DNA of 60,000 nucleotides from Candidatus Pacearchaeota archaeon. GTDB taxonomy: Archaea; Nanobdellota; Nanobdellia; Pacearchaeales; GW2011-AR1. How positions within the stretch are numbered: the first letter of the stretch is position 1; each line of letters begins with the position of its first letter. The translations under genes and the position numbers were made by a program. Shown here one piece after another: positions 18,246 through 26,702 of the stretch. The notes under the pieces were generated by a model. It was not told the DNA's origin and made no database searches. It saw only the letters and a program-made list of their open reading frames with translations. The stretch is taken from assembly GCA_040879785.1 (NCBI GenBank), contig JBBDJR010000006.1:130410-190409 (forward strand). The letters are read 5' to 3'.

Positions 18246-19083
18246 TTAATCTCTCAAACCTCAAATTGATGGGTTCTCTAATAGGTTTATGATTTGAGGA
18301 TGGAACTCCTTTAATAGATTGATTGTACTCCCGATCATAATTCATAAAGTCAAGAAACTTTTTATGGTGTTTCAGATTTACAAAACCTATTTCTTTCTCG
18401 AAAAGTAGTAGATTTTTCTTCCCATTAAACTGAAATCGGTATTGATCCTGAACAACATTCCACCTAGGATCTGGCCTTGACTTACAGAAATAGTGATTAC
18501 CACTCATCCCTAAACTCTGGAGATAATCATGAATCTCCTTGATTAACTGTTTGTGAATTGTTCTTGATTCAATTCTTGGGTAATATTTATTTGGATTTTT
18601 CGTTAGGACAAAACTCCCGTCAGTTGCAAAAAATCCTTGAACAACATGTTTTAATAAATTTTTCTCATAGAACAGTTTAGGTATTTTTAGATTAGCTCCT
18701 TTCTTTCCCACAGGGAAACCAGAAGAAGAAATCAAATCAAAAAGCTCGGCATCTATGAAATTAAATTCTATTGCATTACAATCTTTCCTAAACTTCAAGT
18801 TTGTATTTTTCTCTCTAAAGTAGACTAAAAGAGGGGAAACAATTTCTTGGAAGAAGGATATATCATCTATAGAAGATCCTGTTATTGCAATAAACTTCTT
18901 TTTACCATTAACCAAACTCAAGCAACCATCCCCCATTATTATTCCGCATAAAAGTGCAAATTTTTCTTCATCATTCATAGATTCTAAAGATAGGACCATT
19001 TTATTTTTTCCTAAGATATGTTTTAATAAATCCTTCAAGGACTTCCCATATATTTTTCCTTTCTTTTTTAACTTTAGAAACAA
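18205..19083 (-). CDS. LAGLIDADG homing endonuclease-like protein (double-motif, monomeric type)
   Basis: Two LAGLIDADG motifs are present: LLCGIIMGDGCL and VVQGFFATDGSF. The last ~13 codons (MAPPGTEPGTSSS) are antisense read-through of tRNA-CAU, so the real C-terminus is uncertain. Confidence 0.8.
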   Translation of the reverse strand: MFLKLKKKGKIYGKSLKDLLKHILGKNKMVLSLESMNDEEKFALLCGIIMGDGCLSLVNGKKKFIAITGSSIDDISFFQEIVSPLLVYFREKNTNLKFRKDCNAIEFNFIDAELFDLISSSGFPVGKKGANLKIPKLFYEKNLLKHVVQGFFATDGSFVLTKNPNKYYPRIESRTIHKQLIKEIHDYLQSLGMSGNHYFCKSRPDPRWNVVQDQYRFQFNGKKNLLLFEKEIGFVNLKHHKKFLDFMNYDREYNQSIKGVPSSNHKPIREPINLRFERLMAPPGTEPGTSSS

Positions 19084-19217
19084 AATCTATCCATAAATCT
19101 CTGTTTCCTCTAAAAGTAATTATTTCTTTCTCTTTCATAAATAATGTAATACAGTAATACTTATAAACCTTTCTTTTCTCTAGTACGAGGTCCCAGGTTC
19201 AAATCCTGGTGCAGCCA
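18246..19217. mobile_element. putative homing-endonuclease cassette lodged between tRNA-CAU and a decayed copy of its 3' half
   Basis: An intact tRNA, a ~940-nt insert carrying only the LAGLIDADG ORF, and then a 35-nt degenerate duplicate of tRNA positions ~39-73. Confidence 0.4.
19183..19217 (+). pseudogene. degenerate duplicate of the tRNA-CAU 3' half
   Basis: Compare GTACGAGGTCCCAGGTTCAAATCCTGGTGCAGCCA with the genuine GGACGAGGTCCCGGGTTCGGTTCCCGGTGGAGCCA. It would mispair in the acceptor (C5.C68) and the anticodon stem. No 5' half was found nearby. Confidence 0.7.
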
Positions 19218-19226
19218 TAGAGTTAG

Positions 19227-19574
19227 TCACCCAACAATTTTCAACCCGTCACCTTTCTTCCTCGGAATAATATGAAAGTGTACATGATTCACAACCTGTC
19301 CCGCTGATTTCCCATTATTTACAACGACATTAAATCCTTCTGAATTATATTTCTTCAACAAATCCTCTGCAACTTTTTTAACAAATCCCAAATAACCCTT
19401 AGCAATTTCTTCATCCAAATCTAAAATTGTCTCAAAATGTTTTTTGGGAATAACTAAAGTATGCCCCTCTGCAACAGGGTTAGCGTCGGCAAACGCTACA
19501 AAATTACTATCCTCATAAATCTTCTCAGTAGGAACATCTCCTTTCACAATCTTACAAAAGATACATTCTACCAT
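19227..19574 (-). CDS. HIT-family (histidine triad) nucleotide hydrolase
   Basis: CIFCKI start and the HVHFHIIPR histidine triad; 115 aa. Confidence 0.9.
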   Translation of the reverse strand: MVECIFCKIVKGDVPTEKIYEDSNFVAFADANPVAEGHTLVIPKKHFETILDLDEEIAKGYLGFVKKVAEDLLKKYNSEGFNVVVNNGKSAGQVVNHVHFHIIPRKKGDGLKIVG

Positions 19575-19630
19575 CTCAAATAAAAACCATACTTCTAAAC
19601 TCTAAAAATAAAAAAATAAATTTATTTTAA

Positions 19631-19852
19631 CTACCTTCTTTTCTTTTTGGTAGCTTTTCGAGCAGTTTTCTTCTTAGCTGTTTTTTTAGCTGCTTTTTTA
19701 ACAGTCTTTTTCTTTGCAGTTTTCTTCTTGGCTGTCTTTTTCATAGCAGTTTTTCTCCTTGCTGTTGTTTTCTTAGCTGCTTTTTTCTTTGTAGCCTTTT
19801 TCTTTGTTGTTTTCTTCTTAGCTGTTTTTTTAGCTGCTTTTTTTCTCGGCAT
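19631..19852 (-). CDS. Lys/Ala/Thr-rich basic protein (histone H1/Hc1-tail-like)
   Basis: The 73 aa are almost entirely KKTAKKKT/KKAAKKT repeats. The DNA shows internal duplication. A TATA-like box lies upstream. Confidence 0.55.
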   Translation of the reverse strand: MPRKKAAKKTAKKKTTKKKATKKKAAKKTTARRKTAMKKTAKKKTAKKKTVKKAAKKTAKKKTARKATKKKRR

Positions 19853-19963
19853 TTTTACACCTCTCTTTTTAATTGTAAATACTAAGAACTAATTATTTAA
19901 AAAGTTTGTGTCTATCAAAAATTTTTGAAGAAAACAGTTTTTATGTTTTACCGACGACAAAAT

Positions 19964-21649
19964 CTATTTCCCAACTTTACCTACTTTATCAAAATTAATT
20001 TCGCCATTAATTAAACCTCTTAAAACATTTTTCAGTTCTGATACTTTAACTCTAATTTGTTTCTTTGAATCACGATCACGAATCGTAACATCCATACTTT
20101 TCAGGCTTTTCTCGTCGACAGTTATACAAAAAGGGGTTCCTATTTCATCATTTCTGGAATAACGCCTTCCAACACTTCCTCCCGAATCATAAACAACACT
20201 AAACTCCTTTCTTAAATTATCATAAACATCTTTAGAAATTTTAACAATTTCTTCATTTACCTTAACAATAGGAAACACCGCCGCCTTTATTGGAGATAAT
20301 ACCGGATTAAGTTTTAAGACAATATTCTTTCTTTGGTCTCCATAAAAATATGAATCAAACATAAAGGCAAGAAATGCTCTCTCGACTCCAAACGAAGATT
20401 CAATCACCTTCGGTAAAACTTTTTTCTTACTCTCTTCATCAAAAACTTTTAATTCCTTTCTTGAGAATTCCTCGTGCTGTGACAAATCAAAATCCCCTCT
20501 GTCGTGACTTCCAAAAATCTCTCTCCATCCCGTCGGAAAATTATATTCTATATCAACAGCAGCATTCGCATAATGAGCCAATTCATCTTTTTCATGCTCT
20601 CTTAATCTCAAATTATCCTTATCAATTCCTAATTTTAAAAACCAAAGATAAGAATAATGAAGCCAGTAAGCATGCCATTTATTTCTAAATATTTTCTTCT
20701 TAAGCATCTGTCCAATACTAAGAACATCTTCTTTCTTCTCAGAATCAAGAATATTTATTTTCTCATTCTTTATATCCTCATAAAAAGGACAGTCATCCAA
20801 TTTCTCGGGATTGATAAAATACTGCATCTCCATTTGTTCAAACTCTCTGCTCCTAAACAAAAAATCACGAGGAGCAATCTCATTCCTAAATGCCTTCCCT
20901 ATCTGTGCAATGCCAAACGGAAGTTTTGCCCTTGAATTATCATAGACCGATTTAAAATCAACAAATATCATCTGGGCAGTTTCAGGCCGAAGGTAACTGG
21001 TATCATCCTGACCAACATTCGTCTCAAACATTAACTTAAAATCTCTTGCAGTACTCTCGTCGTAATCCCCTCCGCAATGAGCACAATTAACCTTTCCCAA
21101 TTCATTTCTGTCCACCTTCCCTGGTTTCTTACACTTCTTACATAAAATAAATACATCACTAAAACTATCAACATGTCCCGAAGCCTTCCAGATTTTTGGA
21201 TGAGTAATTATGCTCCCGTCAATTCCCACGACATCATCTCTACCTACAAAATAATTCCACCAATCTTCTTTGAGATTATTTTTCAACTCAACACCCAAAG
21301 GACCAAAATCCCAAAAACCTGCAAAACCTCCATAAATATCTCCCGACTGATAAACAAACCCTTTTCTCTTACAGAAAGTTGTTAAATCTTCTATAGAAAT
21401 GTCCTGCCTCTTCAATAACTCTTCTCCTTCAGGTTTCTTATCTGTCTCATTAGAGGTTCCCTGATTTAATTCCATTGCACTTTCTTCCTTTAGTTTTTGG
21501 ATAATCTCCTTAGACTTTTTCTCTGCCTCTTTCTTCGTCTTTCCAAGATAAGCCAGAGTCTTACTTTTAACTTTTCCCTCGACTCTCTTATTCTCATTAA
21601 GATAATAATAATTTTTCCCGTGAATTTTCTTTTTAACAATGAATGCCAT
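19964..21649 (-). CDS. glyS: glycyl-tRNA synthetase (archaeal/eukaryotic dimeric type) with ~90-aa N-terminal extension
   Basis: RKGFVYQSGDIYGGFAGFWDFGPLGVELKNN, LRPETAQ, FRNEIAPR, GVERAFLAF and a C-terminal anticodon-binding domain. Confidence 0.9.
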   Translation of the reverse strand: MAFIVKKKIHGKNYYYLNENKRVEGKVKSKTLAYLGKTKKEAEKKSKEIIQKLKEESAMELNQGTSNETDKKPEGEELLKRQDISIEDLTTFCKRKGFVYQSGDIYGGFAGFWDFGPLGVELKNNLKEDWWNYFVGRDDVVGIDGSIITHPKIWKASGHVDSFSDVFILCKKCKKPGKVDRNELGKVNCAHCGGDYDESTARDFKLMFETNVGQDDTSYLRPETAQMIFVDFKSVYDNSRAKLPFGIAQIGKAFRNEIAPRDFLFRSREFEQMEMQYFINPEKLDDCPFYEDIKNEKINILDSEKKEDVLSIGQMLKKKIFRNKWHAYWLHYSYLWFLKLGIDKDNLRLREHEKDELAHYANAAVDIEYNFPTGWREIFGSHDRGDFDLSQHEEFSRKELKVFDEESKKKVLPKVIESSFGVERAFLAFMFDSYFYGDQRKNIVLKLNPVLSPIKAAVFPIVKVNEEIVKISKDVYDNLRKEFSVVYDSGGSVGRRYSRNDEIGTPFCITVDEKSLKSMDVTIRDRDSKKQIRVKVSELKNVLRGLINGEINFDKVGKVGK

Positions 21650-21716
21650 CTAAGCATTAGGCACTACAAAACTATTTAAATCTTATTAGAAAAATTAACG
21701 ACCCTAAAAGCAAAAT

Positions 21717-23612
21717 TTATTTAGACTCTTCATCAGAATCTTTATCGTCTTCTTTCTTTTCCTTTTTAGGGGAAGAATCATCACCAGTACTCTTTGATTT
21801 TTTCCTTGCCTTCATAGAGAGTCTTATTCTCCTTGTAATAAAGAAAATTACTATCAACAGTAAAAAAGCGCCTGCAATAACAATAATCGCATTGGCACCT
21901 ATTCCTGTAAGACCCAGCTCGTCAAAGATTGCAAACCCTCCAATCGGCGCGCCAAGAACCAAACTTTCCCGGACAGAACTTGAATAAATCTCTGAGTTGT
22001 AACTAACTCTAAGATTCACCTCATCTTCCAAAGAACCGTTAACCACAATTATTTCTGCAGTAAACTCAGAGGATTCATTTGAATCAAGACTTCTATTTTC
22101 ACCTAGATTTGCCAATTGAGTTTCGTTTGAGTCTTCAAGCACAAAATCAATTTCAACATCCTGCGGTGTGCCCGAAAGCTCTTCTAAAGAATAAGTTACT
22201 CTAACCATATCGTCCTGCCTGGTTTTTCTTGCGTCAACAATCTCAAATCCAATCTTTTCTTTCTCTACCAAAACTGTAAAACTCTCAGAAACTGAATCTC
22301 CTGAAGAACACTCTACTGAAACACTTAAAGGATACTCTCCTTCCCCAGTATCTTCGGAAACACTCACAACAAAATTGAATGCTGCTTCTTCATCAGGGTC
22401 GATATTTTTCTGTCCCTCGTCAAAAGATATCCAGTCAGAATTCTCTCCGGAAGAAGAAAGTTCACAAGACATCATAAACGAGCTTCCGGTGTTTTCAACA
22501 TTTAATGAAACCTCTTCTAAAGAACCGGGCCTTATTCTTACCTCGCCGATGCTTTCCGCATTCAAAGGTCCTGATTGTGTCTGACTTTCAGATTCACTTG
22601 ATTCAAAAGACTCAGTTTCCTGACCTGCTTCACTACTTTCGCCTTCCTCATTTCCTGTCTCACCACCATCACCATCTGTATTTTCTTCAACCCTAACAAC
22701 TAACTCAAAACTTTCAGAAGAAGCACTGGAATAATTCTCATTTCCCGTTGTCTTGTAAACATAGGTGTAATTTCCTTCTTTTTCAAAATTAGAATTGTCA
22801 GGATTATCTACCGCTTCGCCGTCTCTATAAAGAGTACAATTCAACTGCCCCGGGCATCCCGTTCCTTCAACATCTCCCGTAGCATTCGGCTTAATCTGCG
22901 AAGTTCCAGTCAAACTCAGATCAGGCTCTGCCTCGGTAACATTTACACTAAACAATGTAGAATTTGTATTTTCTGAAGTATCATTTACTGAAACATTTAT
23001 TACATAATTAGTTCCTACGCTTAAAACAGAAGAATTTGTTAAAATTCCTGTTGAACTATTTATTTCAAAAGTATCTGTCCAATTAATAATAAAATAAGAA
23101 TCTAATCCAACATTATCCTCTGCATCAAAGTCTACAGACAAAGATTTTCCGTAACTTATTGAGGCATCTTCAGGGATTTTTTTAAATTTCGGAGCAATTA
23201 CATCTGGAGTTGTTGTTAAAGTAAAAATTTTCGTAGCACTTGAATTAGAGCTATTATCTGTAAGGTACCACCTATAACCTATTACTGAACCCACCGTGTT
23301 ATTCAATGTCTTTGTTTCGTTTGCCCAGTCTGGTGTTGCCGTAAAGTTTTCTGCCGAATCATTTATCCATGTTCCTGTATTGTTTGTTGAGAAAATGTAT
23401 TGTCCGTTTGGATGTAAGTTTGCATTAGTAAAATTTTCCACATAATAAGAAAACGTTGCATTTTCTCCTGCAATATCATTTGAAGGTTCAAAAACAGCAA
23501 ATCCTGTAAAACTTACGCTAACAAAGTACGCCACAGCAAGAGCACCTAAAACCAAAATGCCTGCCGGGAGAAACTTTCCCACCTCTCTTTTTGCCATCAC
23601 AGAATCATACAT
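21717..23612 (-). CDS. cell-surface (S-layer-like) glycoprotein with N-terminal signal/anchor and C-terminal TM anchor
   Basis: N-terminal hydrophobic segment, dozens of N-x-S/T sequons, an acidic Ser/Glu-rich linker, a C-terminal TM helix (IIVIAGAFLLLIVIFFI) and a charged tail. Confidence 0.7.
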   Translation of the reverse strand: MYDSVMAKREVGKFLPAGILVLGALAVAYFVSVSFTGFAVFEPSNDIAGENATFSYYVENFTNANLHPNGQYIFSTNNTGTWINDSAENFTATPDWANETKTLNNTVGSVIGYRWYLTDNSSNSSATKIFTLTTTPDVIAPKFKKIPEDASISYGKSLSVDFDAEDNVGLDSYFIINWTDTFEINSSTGILTNSSVLSVGTNYVINVSVNDTSENTNSTLFSVNVTEAEPDLSLTGTSQIKPNATGDVEGTGCPGQLNCTLYRDGEAVDNPDNSNFEKEGNYTYVYKTTGNENYSSASSESFELVVRVEENTDGDGGETGNEEGESSEAGQETESFESSESESQTQSGPLNAESIGEVRIRPGSLEEVSLNVENTGSSFMMSCELSSSGENSDWISFDEGQKNIDPDEEAAFNFVVSVSEDTGEGEYPLSVSVECSSGDSVSESFTVLVEKEKIGFEIVDARKTRQDDMVRVTYSLEELSGTPQDVEIDFVLEDSNETQLANLGENRSLDSNESSEFTAEIIVVNGSLEDEVNLRVSYNSEIYSSSVRESLVLGAPIGGFAIFDELGLTGIGANAIIVIAGAFLLLIVIFFITRRIRLSMKARKKSKSTGDDSSPKKEKKEDDKDSDEESK

Positions 23613-23652
23613 CTTTAGTTTAAAAACTTTTTTAGATTACAATATATAGAAT

Positions 23653-24078
23653 TTACTCCCCAATAACTTTCACCAAAATACGTTTATTGCGTTTGCCGTC
23701 AAACTCTCCGTAAAAAATTGTCTCCCACGGACCAAAATCCAAATCTCCGTCGGTAATCGCAATCACAGACTCACGGCCCATTATCGTCCTCCATAAATGA
23801 GCATAGGCATTATCTTCTCCCGTCAAATTGTGCCTGTACTTTTCCAAATTATCAAGATTCATCGGAGCCAGTTTTTCAAGCCACTGCCTAAAATCATGAA
23901 GCAATCCAGATTCATTATCGTTAATAAAAACCGAAGCCGTTATATGCATCGGATTCACGAGAACAATTCCCTCTTTAACTCCAGACTCTCTGACAACATC
24001 CTCAACCTCAGAAGTTATATTCAAAAAATCAATCTTATTCTTTGTATTAACAGTTATGTATTTTGTGTGTGTTTTCAT
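23653..24078 (-). CDS. YjbQ/UPF0047-family protein (secondary thiamine-phosphate synthase-like)
   Basis: [35 protein letters not shown] and GEFDGKR motifs; 141 aa. Confidence 0.75.
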   Translation of the reverse strand: MKTHTKYITVNTKNKIDFLNITSEVEDVVRESGVKEGIVLVNPMHITASVFINDNESGLLHDFRQWLEKLAPMNLDNLEKYRHNLTGEDNAYAHLWRTIMGRESVIAITDGDLDFGPWETIFYGEFDGKRNKRILVKVIGE

Positions 24079-24139
24079 TTTGTTATCCTATATTTTTCAA
24101 AAGAGAAAACTATATAAAATCTTTTCCTTTTCTTCAATT

Positions 24140-24385
24140 ATGGGATGGAAAACATATTTAGTTTTATACTTCAAAGCAGGAAACGGGAAGATTTCTGAAA
24201 TTGTTAAAAAAGTTGAGTCTGTAGGTTTCAGTTCTTCCCTTGGACCTGTCGACTTCTCTTACAAATGGGAAAACGAGCCTTCAACAGAAAAAGTCCTTGA
24301 GTTAGCAGACAAACTCTCTGAAGCACTGGACGGAACAGAAGTCATGTTTAACATAGACACACATAAAGCCCCTGATAATTCTTAA
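24140..24385 (+). CDS. hypothetical small protein
   Basis: The ORF-track entry starts at 24056, but the first 28 codons overlap the yjbQ-like gene antisense. MGWKTYLVLYF at 24140 is the more plausible start. Confidence 0.45.
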   Translation: MGWKTYLVLYFKAGNGKISEIVKKVESVGFSSSLGPVDFSYKWENEPSTEKVLELADKLSEALDGTEVMFNIDTHKAPDNS

Positions 24386-24386
24386 A

Positions 24387-24965
24387 TTATTTAATAAAAT
24401 CTAGTATTTCAGGAATTTTCTCAACATCATCTTCCTTTGTAAAGTGTCCCTGCTTCTTCTTAATAATTATCTTTGCCCCAAGATTCTTTTTAAATTTCTC
24501 TGCTTCATCAAGATGGACTTCAGAATCATCGTCGGAGAATATGCCCATGAAATTATTACAATGATCTAATATTCTGGAAAAACCAATCTTTGTATTCATC
24601 CAGGGATGTGCAATTTTCATTTCTTCAGGACTCTGATTAATAAGATCAAAAAAGCCAGCTACAAAAACACATCCAGCAATTTTCTTATGTCTATGCAACT
24701 TTTCCAAGAACCTCATAATAGTCTGACATCCTATTGAGTGTCCTACAAAGTAAGTTTGCTCATCAATTTCATCAGAATCAATATTTTCTCTCAAAAACCC
24801 AACCCATTCCTCAATCTTAGGGTGGTCTGTATTAGGCATATCAAAAATAATAACATTAAACCCTTTATTCTCAAGCTCTTTTTTAAGCCATGGAAACCAG
24901 GGTTCACTTTCAGAACTTCCACCCCATCTGTGAATCAAATATACTTTTTTATTCTCTTTTTTCAT
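24387..24965 (-). CDS. alpha/beta serine hydrolase (YdeN/RBBP9-like)
   Basis: VYLIHRWGGSSESEPWFPWLKKELE and the nucleophile elbow FVGHSIGC; 192 aa. Confidence 0.75.
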   Translation of the reverse strand: MKKENKKVYLIHRWGGSSESEPWFPWLKKELENKGFNVIIFDMPNTDHPKIEEWVGFLRENIDSDEIDEQTYFVGHSIGCQTIMRFLEKLHRHKKIAGCVFVAGFFDLINQSPEEMKIAHPWMNTKIGFSRILDHCNNFMGIFSDDDSEVHLDEAEKFKKNLGAKIIIKKKQGHFTKEDDVEKIPEILDFIK

Positions 24966-24972
24966 TTTCTTA

Positions 24973-24992
24973 AGCGAGGAGTGGGGTTTGAA
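24973..24992 (-). pseudogene. tRNA-Cys-like 3' end fragment (T loop, T stem 3' strand and acceptor 3' strand)
   Basis: The minus strand reads TTCAAACCCCACTCCTCGCT, versus the genuine tRNA-Cys 3' end TTCGAATCCCACTCCTCGCT at 28763-28782. Confidence 0.7.
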
Positions 24993-25026
24993 TGAGAACC
25001 TCCTGCAGGTTCTTCACAACTCCAGC
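24990..25026 (-). repeat. 37-nt tRNA-trailer hairpin element, copy A
   Basis: The minus strand reads GCTGGAGTTGTGAAGAACCTGCAGGAGGTTCTCATTC, identical to 28795-28831 (plus strand). It contains the stem AGAACCT/AGGTTCT around GCAGG. Confidence 0.85.
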
Positions 25027-25041
25027 TTCCCGAATCCTTCA

Positions 25042-25182
25042 TGCGGGCGAAAGGATTCGAACCTTTGTAAGCACTAAGCTAACAGGTTTCTTCGAGGTCC
25101 GTTTGCGTTATTATTATGCTGATAATCTCTTGCAAATCTACTCGCCTAAGCCTGTCCCGTTTGACCACTCCGGCACGCCCGC
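25042..25182 (-). tRNA. tRNA-Leu (UAG) with ~57-nt intron at the canonical 37/38 position
   Basis: GCGGGCG/CGCCCGC acceptor, ACAGG/CCTGT anticodon stem, loop CTTAGG|intron|A, long variable arm (TAGCTTAGTGCTTAC), AAAGG-TTCGAAT-CCTTT T arm and discriminator A. Confidence 0.8.
25088..25144 (-). other. tRNA-Leu intron
   Basis: This sequence lies between anticodon-loop G37 and A38. The internal helix CGAG/CTCG flanks the junctions. The exact splice sites were not determined. Confidence 0.6.
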
Positions 25183-25247
25183 ATAGAAATAAAGAATTAT
25201 TTTAGTATAAAAAGATATTGATATGGGATAGGATTTAAGGATGGAAA

Positions 25248-25260
25248 GATATTTAAATTA
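25248..25260 (+). promoter_or_regulatory. TATA-box-like promoter of the small 2-TM gene
   Basis: GATATTTAAATTA lies ~20-30 nt upstream of the ATG at 25279. GGAAA-ATATTTAAAT is conserved with the paralog promoter at 38121-38137. Confidence 0.4.
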
Positions 25261-25278
25261 ATTTATATTGATAAGGAA

Positions 25279-25473
25279 ATGTCAAACAAATTAGCTGTTG
25301 TTGGTTCTGTTTTATATCTTTTGTTTGGTTTATACCTGATAAACGCTTCTTTTGTCTTTGTTCCAATGCCAAACTTTATTGAATCGATTGATAGTTGGAT
25401 TGTTTTAATAGCAGGAATATTGGTTATTCTTGGTGGAGTAAATTATTTCAGGGCTAACAAGAATCCTTATTGA
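25279..25473 (+). CDS. small 2-TM membrane protein (paralog of 37894..38100)
   Basis: 64 aa. It aligns with the 68-aa protein at 37894-38100 (LYLLFGLYLIN...W IVLIAGILVILGGVNYF versus LYILFAIYFLN...W IIFIGGILLVFGGFSFF). Confidence 0.6.
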   Translation: MSNKLAVVGSVLYLLFGLYLINASFVFVPMPNFIESIDSWIVLIAGILVILGGVNYFRANKNPY

Positions 25474-25488
25474 TTTTGGAGAATTAAA

Positions 25489-25689
25489 GTGCTAAAGAAC
25501 AAAAAAAGAAAAATAAGAGAATTGTGGGTTGAGAGCGGATGGACTAGTTTTGCGTTGTTTGTTATATTTTTGGCGATTTATATTAGCAGGTTTATTAGAG
25601 ATCTAGAAGCGACAGGATACTTATACATTTCAATAGGTCTTTTTATAGCTTCGGTAATCCAGTTAGGAATGAAGTATAAGAAAAAATAA
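25489..25689 (+). CDS. small 2-TM membrane protein
   Basis: 66-aa ORF with a GTG start and two hydrophobic helices. Confidence 0.4.
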   Translation: MLKNKKRKIRELWVESGWTSFALFVIFLAIYISRFIRDLEATGYLYISIGLFIASVIQLGMKYKKK

Positions 25690-25713
25690 GATTAATTACA
25701 TTATGTAAGTATA

Positions 25714-26640
25714 TTACTTCTTCGCTTTGACTTCGGCTTCTTTCTGTTTTATTTTTTCTTCGAGGTCGAGTTTTTCTATAAGCTCTTTGTATCTGTTTCT
25801 TATTGTAACTTCTGTTATCCCTGCAATGTCTGCGACTTCTCTTTGAGTTTTTTTCTCGTCGTTTATTAATGCGGCAACGTAAAGTGCGGCGGCGGCGATT
25901 CCTGCAGGGCCTCTTCCCGATGTTAGCTCAACACCCTCTGCTTTTTTTAGAACTTTGAGCGCGTCGTTTTGAGCTTTTGGAGATAGTTTTAGAACTGAAG
26001 AGAATCTTGAGATGTAGTCTTTTGGGGAGCTTTGCGTGACTTTTATTCCGAGTTTTCTTATGATGAATCTGTATGTTCTTCCGATTTCTTTTCTTTCAAC
26101 GTCGGATGCTGTTGCCATTTCGTCAAGAGTTCGCGGGATGTTGTAGCTTCTGCAGGCGGCGTAAAGACATGCGGCAATTACAGATTCCATGCTTCTTCCT
26201 CTTACGAGACCTCTTTGGAGAACGAAGTTGTAAATTCTTGATGCCTCGTCTCTGACGACGTTTGGAAGGTTTAGGTAGGAAGCGATAACCCTTAGTTCAG
26301 CCATTGCGAGTCTTAGATTTCTTTCAATAGAAGTTGAAACTCTCTCCTGCCATTTTTTAAGTCTTAAGAATTTTCTTGTTTGTTTTGGGTCTAATCTATA
26401 AATATCGGAGATTTCACCGACGTTAGTTGTAAGCCCTTTGTCGAATTTTTGCATGCTTGAAGGCGCTCCGCCACGACCTTTTTTCTCCCCTTTATCGAAT
26501 TTTCCTTGTAAATCTACACCAGAATCAACCATTTTTTCTTCTACAACAAGACCACAATCATTACAAATTATTTCTCCGAGGTGAGGATCATAAGTAAGAT
26601 TTATACTTTCACATTCAGGACATTTTTTTATAGAGGTCAT
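25714..26640 (-). CDS. tfb: transcription initiation factor IIB (TFB)
   Basis: Zn ribbon CPECES...CNDCG, B-reader/linker, and two cyclin-fold repeats (SRIYNFVLQRGLVRGRS, AAALYVAALINDEKKTQREVADIAGITEVTIRNRYKEL). Confidence 0.95.
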   Translation of the reverse strand: MTSIKKCPECESINLTYDPHLGEIICNDCGLVVEEKMVDSGVDLQGKFDKGEKKGRGGAPSSMQKFDKGLTTNVGEISDIYRLDPKQTRKFLRLKKWQERVSTSIERNLRLAMAELRVIASYLNLPNVVRDEASRIYNFVLQRGLVRGRSMESVIAACLYAACRSYNIPRTLDEMATASDVERKEIGRTYRFIIRKLGIKVTQSSPKDYISRFSSVLKLSPKAQNDALKVLKKAEGVELTSGRGPAGIAAAALYVAALINDEKKTQREVADIAGITEVTIRNRYKELIEKLDLEEKIKQKEAEVKAKK

Positions 26641-26702
26641 TTGAGTTGTTTTTTAGCCATTTTAAGACTAAAGAAATTTTGTTACTTCGAGGTTGGTAAA
26701 AA

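Noticed and set aside
24992-25186. 64-aa plus-strand ORF, with similar ORFs at 28674-28859, 43972-44211, 43989-44234 and 44117-44338.
   Set aside because: All are read-through of tRNA genes and their GC-rich flanking elements. The sequence is better explained by cloverleaf-folding tRNAs and repeats.
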